This document shows, piece by piece, positions 63,368 through 64,000 of a stretch of 64,000 nucleotides of DNA. The DNA lies in NCBI GenBank assembly GCA_945787575.1, contig CALZKB010000002.1, positions 12,262 to 76,261 on the forward strand, read 5' to 3'. This stretch comes from Thermoanaerobaculia bacterium. Lineage in GTDB: Bacteria > Acidobacteriota > Thermoanaerobaculia > Multivoradales > JAHEKO01. The stretch's first letter is position 1. The number at the start of each line of letters is the position of its first letter. The notes under the pieces were generated by a model. The model ran no database searches and had not been told where the DNA came from. It saw only the letters and a program-made list of their open reading frames with translations. The translations under genes were made by a program, and so were the position numbers.

Positions 63368-64000
63368 AGGCCGATCGCCGTTTGGTGTGGAGTCTCGCGT
63401 GGCGCTTCGTGCGCGGGCGAAGGACTCGACTCCTCGCCGGCACTACCTGGGCGGCTCTGCTGGCGACGGCGCTGGGGGTGGCCGCCATGGTCATCGCCAT
63501 GGCGCTGATGACCGGCTATCGCGAGGACTTGCGTACCAAGCTCGTCCAGGGAAGCGCGGCGATCGCAGCCTATCCTCAGAGCCGGCCGGACGAGGCGAGG
63601 TTGCGCGATGCCCGCGAGGCGGTGATGGCGGTCCCCGGAGTCGAGGACGTGAGAGTCGTCGCTTACGGCCAAGGGTCGCTGGCGAGCCGGGCACGGCCCG
63701 ACGGGGTCGACGTCACGTTGAGGGGAATCGACGACGCTACGAAGCTCGACCCGGTCTGTTCGCTGGAGATGCAGCAGTCGAGGCCGACCGAGGCGAGTGT
63801 TGTCCGCGTCGTAGCCGGCCGCGAGCTCTACCGCAAGCTCGAGGTCGGTCCCGCGGAACCGCTCAAGCTCATGGTCCTCGTTTTCGGCGCGGGGCGGCCC
63901 GCCTTCAGGTATCGCACCGCCGCCGTGACTGCGACCTGCGCCACCGGGTTCACGGAGTTCGATCGCCAGTGGGTGCTGCTCGATCGCCGCGACCTCGAGG
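63364..64000 (+). CDS. LolC/LolE-type (FtsX family) ABC permease, 3' partial (runs off window); absent from the ORF track
   Basis: My translation from GTG 63364 is open to the window end: VKADRRLVWSLAWRFVRGRRTRLLAGTTWAALLATALGVAAMVIAMALMTGYREDLRTKLVQGSAAIAAYP... This is the typical LolC/E N-terminus (basic stretch, TM1, then periplasmic domain). Confidence 0.7.
   Translation, partial: MKADRRLVWSLAWRFVRGRRTRLLAGTTWAALLATALGVAAMVIAMALMTGYREDLRTKLVQGSAAIAAYPQSRPDEARLRDAREAVMAVPGVEDVRVVAYGQGSLASRARPDGVDVTLRGIDDATKLDPVCSLEMQQSRPTEASVVRVVAGRELYRKLEVGPAEPLKLMVLVFGAGRPAFRYRTAAVTATCATGFTEFDRQWVLLDRRDLE

Overview
Very GC-rich (judged by eye, not computed), gene-dense bacterial chromosomal segment with about 58 protein-coding genes on both strands. 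I found no rRNA, no complete tRNA, no CRISPR array, and no transposase, integrase or prophage signature. All calls rest on reading the supplied translations and the DNA for family motifs; no database search was possible. Several long ORFs in the track are high-GC artefacts (antisense or alternate-frame) or carry spurious N-terminal extensions, so I re-called those starts from RBS and overlap context. One real gene running off the 3' end (LolC/E-like permease, 63364..64000) is missing from the track. Most content is housekeeping: metH 3' end, PBP1A, uvrA-like, hflKC, PBP4, mpg, dcd, glpX, gcdH, dnaK-hspR, rimK, mazG, DAHP synthase, two acyl-CoA dehydrogenases and mce. No single block is clearly one new multi-gene system. 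The most interesting loci are listed here. (1) A HEAT-repeat::PilT fusion is translationally coupled to a second PilT, with no other pilus genes nearby. (2) An envC-ctp-yibQ envelope cluster has a degenerate LytM domain, an S41 peptidase with both catalytic residues replaced (Ser->Gly, Lys->Leu), and a yibQ-like gene interrupted by an in-frame TGA. (3) A luxE-luxC-orf128 operon lacks luciferase genes and sits divergent from a 2x[4Fe-4S] ferredoxin. (4) A PD-(D/E)xK nuclease is fused to an XPD/DinG-type Fe-S helicase, with a tRNA 3'-end-like fragment 15 nt upstream. (5) A RuBisCO-like protein and a cupin form a coupled pair behind metH. (6) The uvrA-like gene lacks its C-terminal ~60-70 codons. 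(7) A 34-codon carA relic is wedged between two genes by overlapping start/stop codons. (8) There are three DUF4388/PATAN-like paralogues. (9) A CPBP protease-RsbW-RsbV operon and a distant RsbU-like phosphatase have no sigma factor nearby. Taxonomic origin cannot be determined from the sequence alone; the gene content is compatible with an Acidobacteriota-like or similar high-GC Gram-negative lineage.
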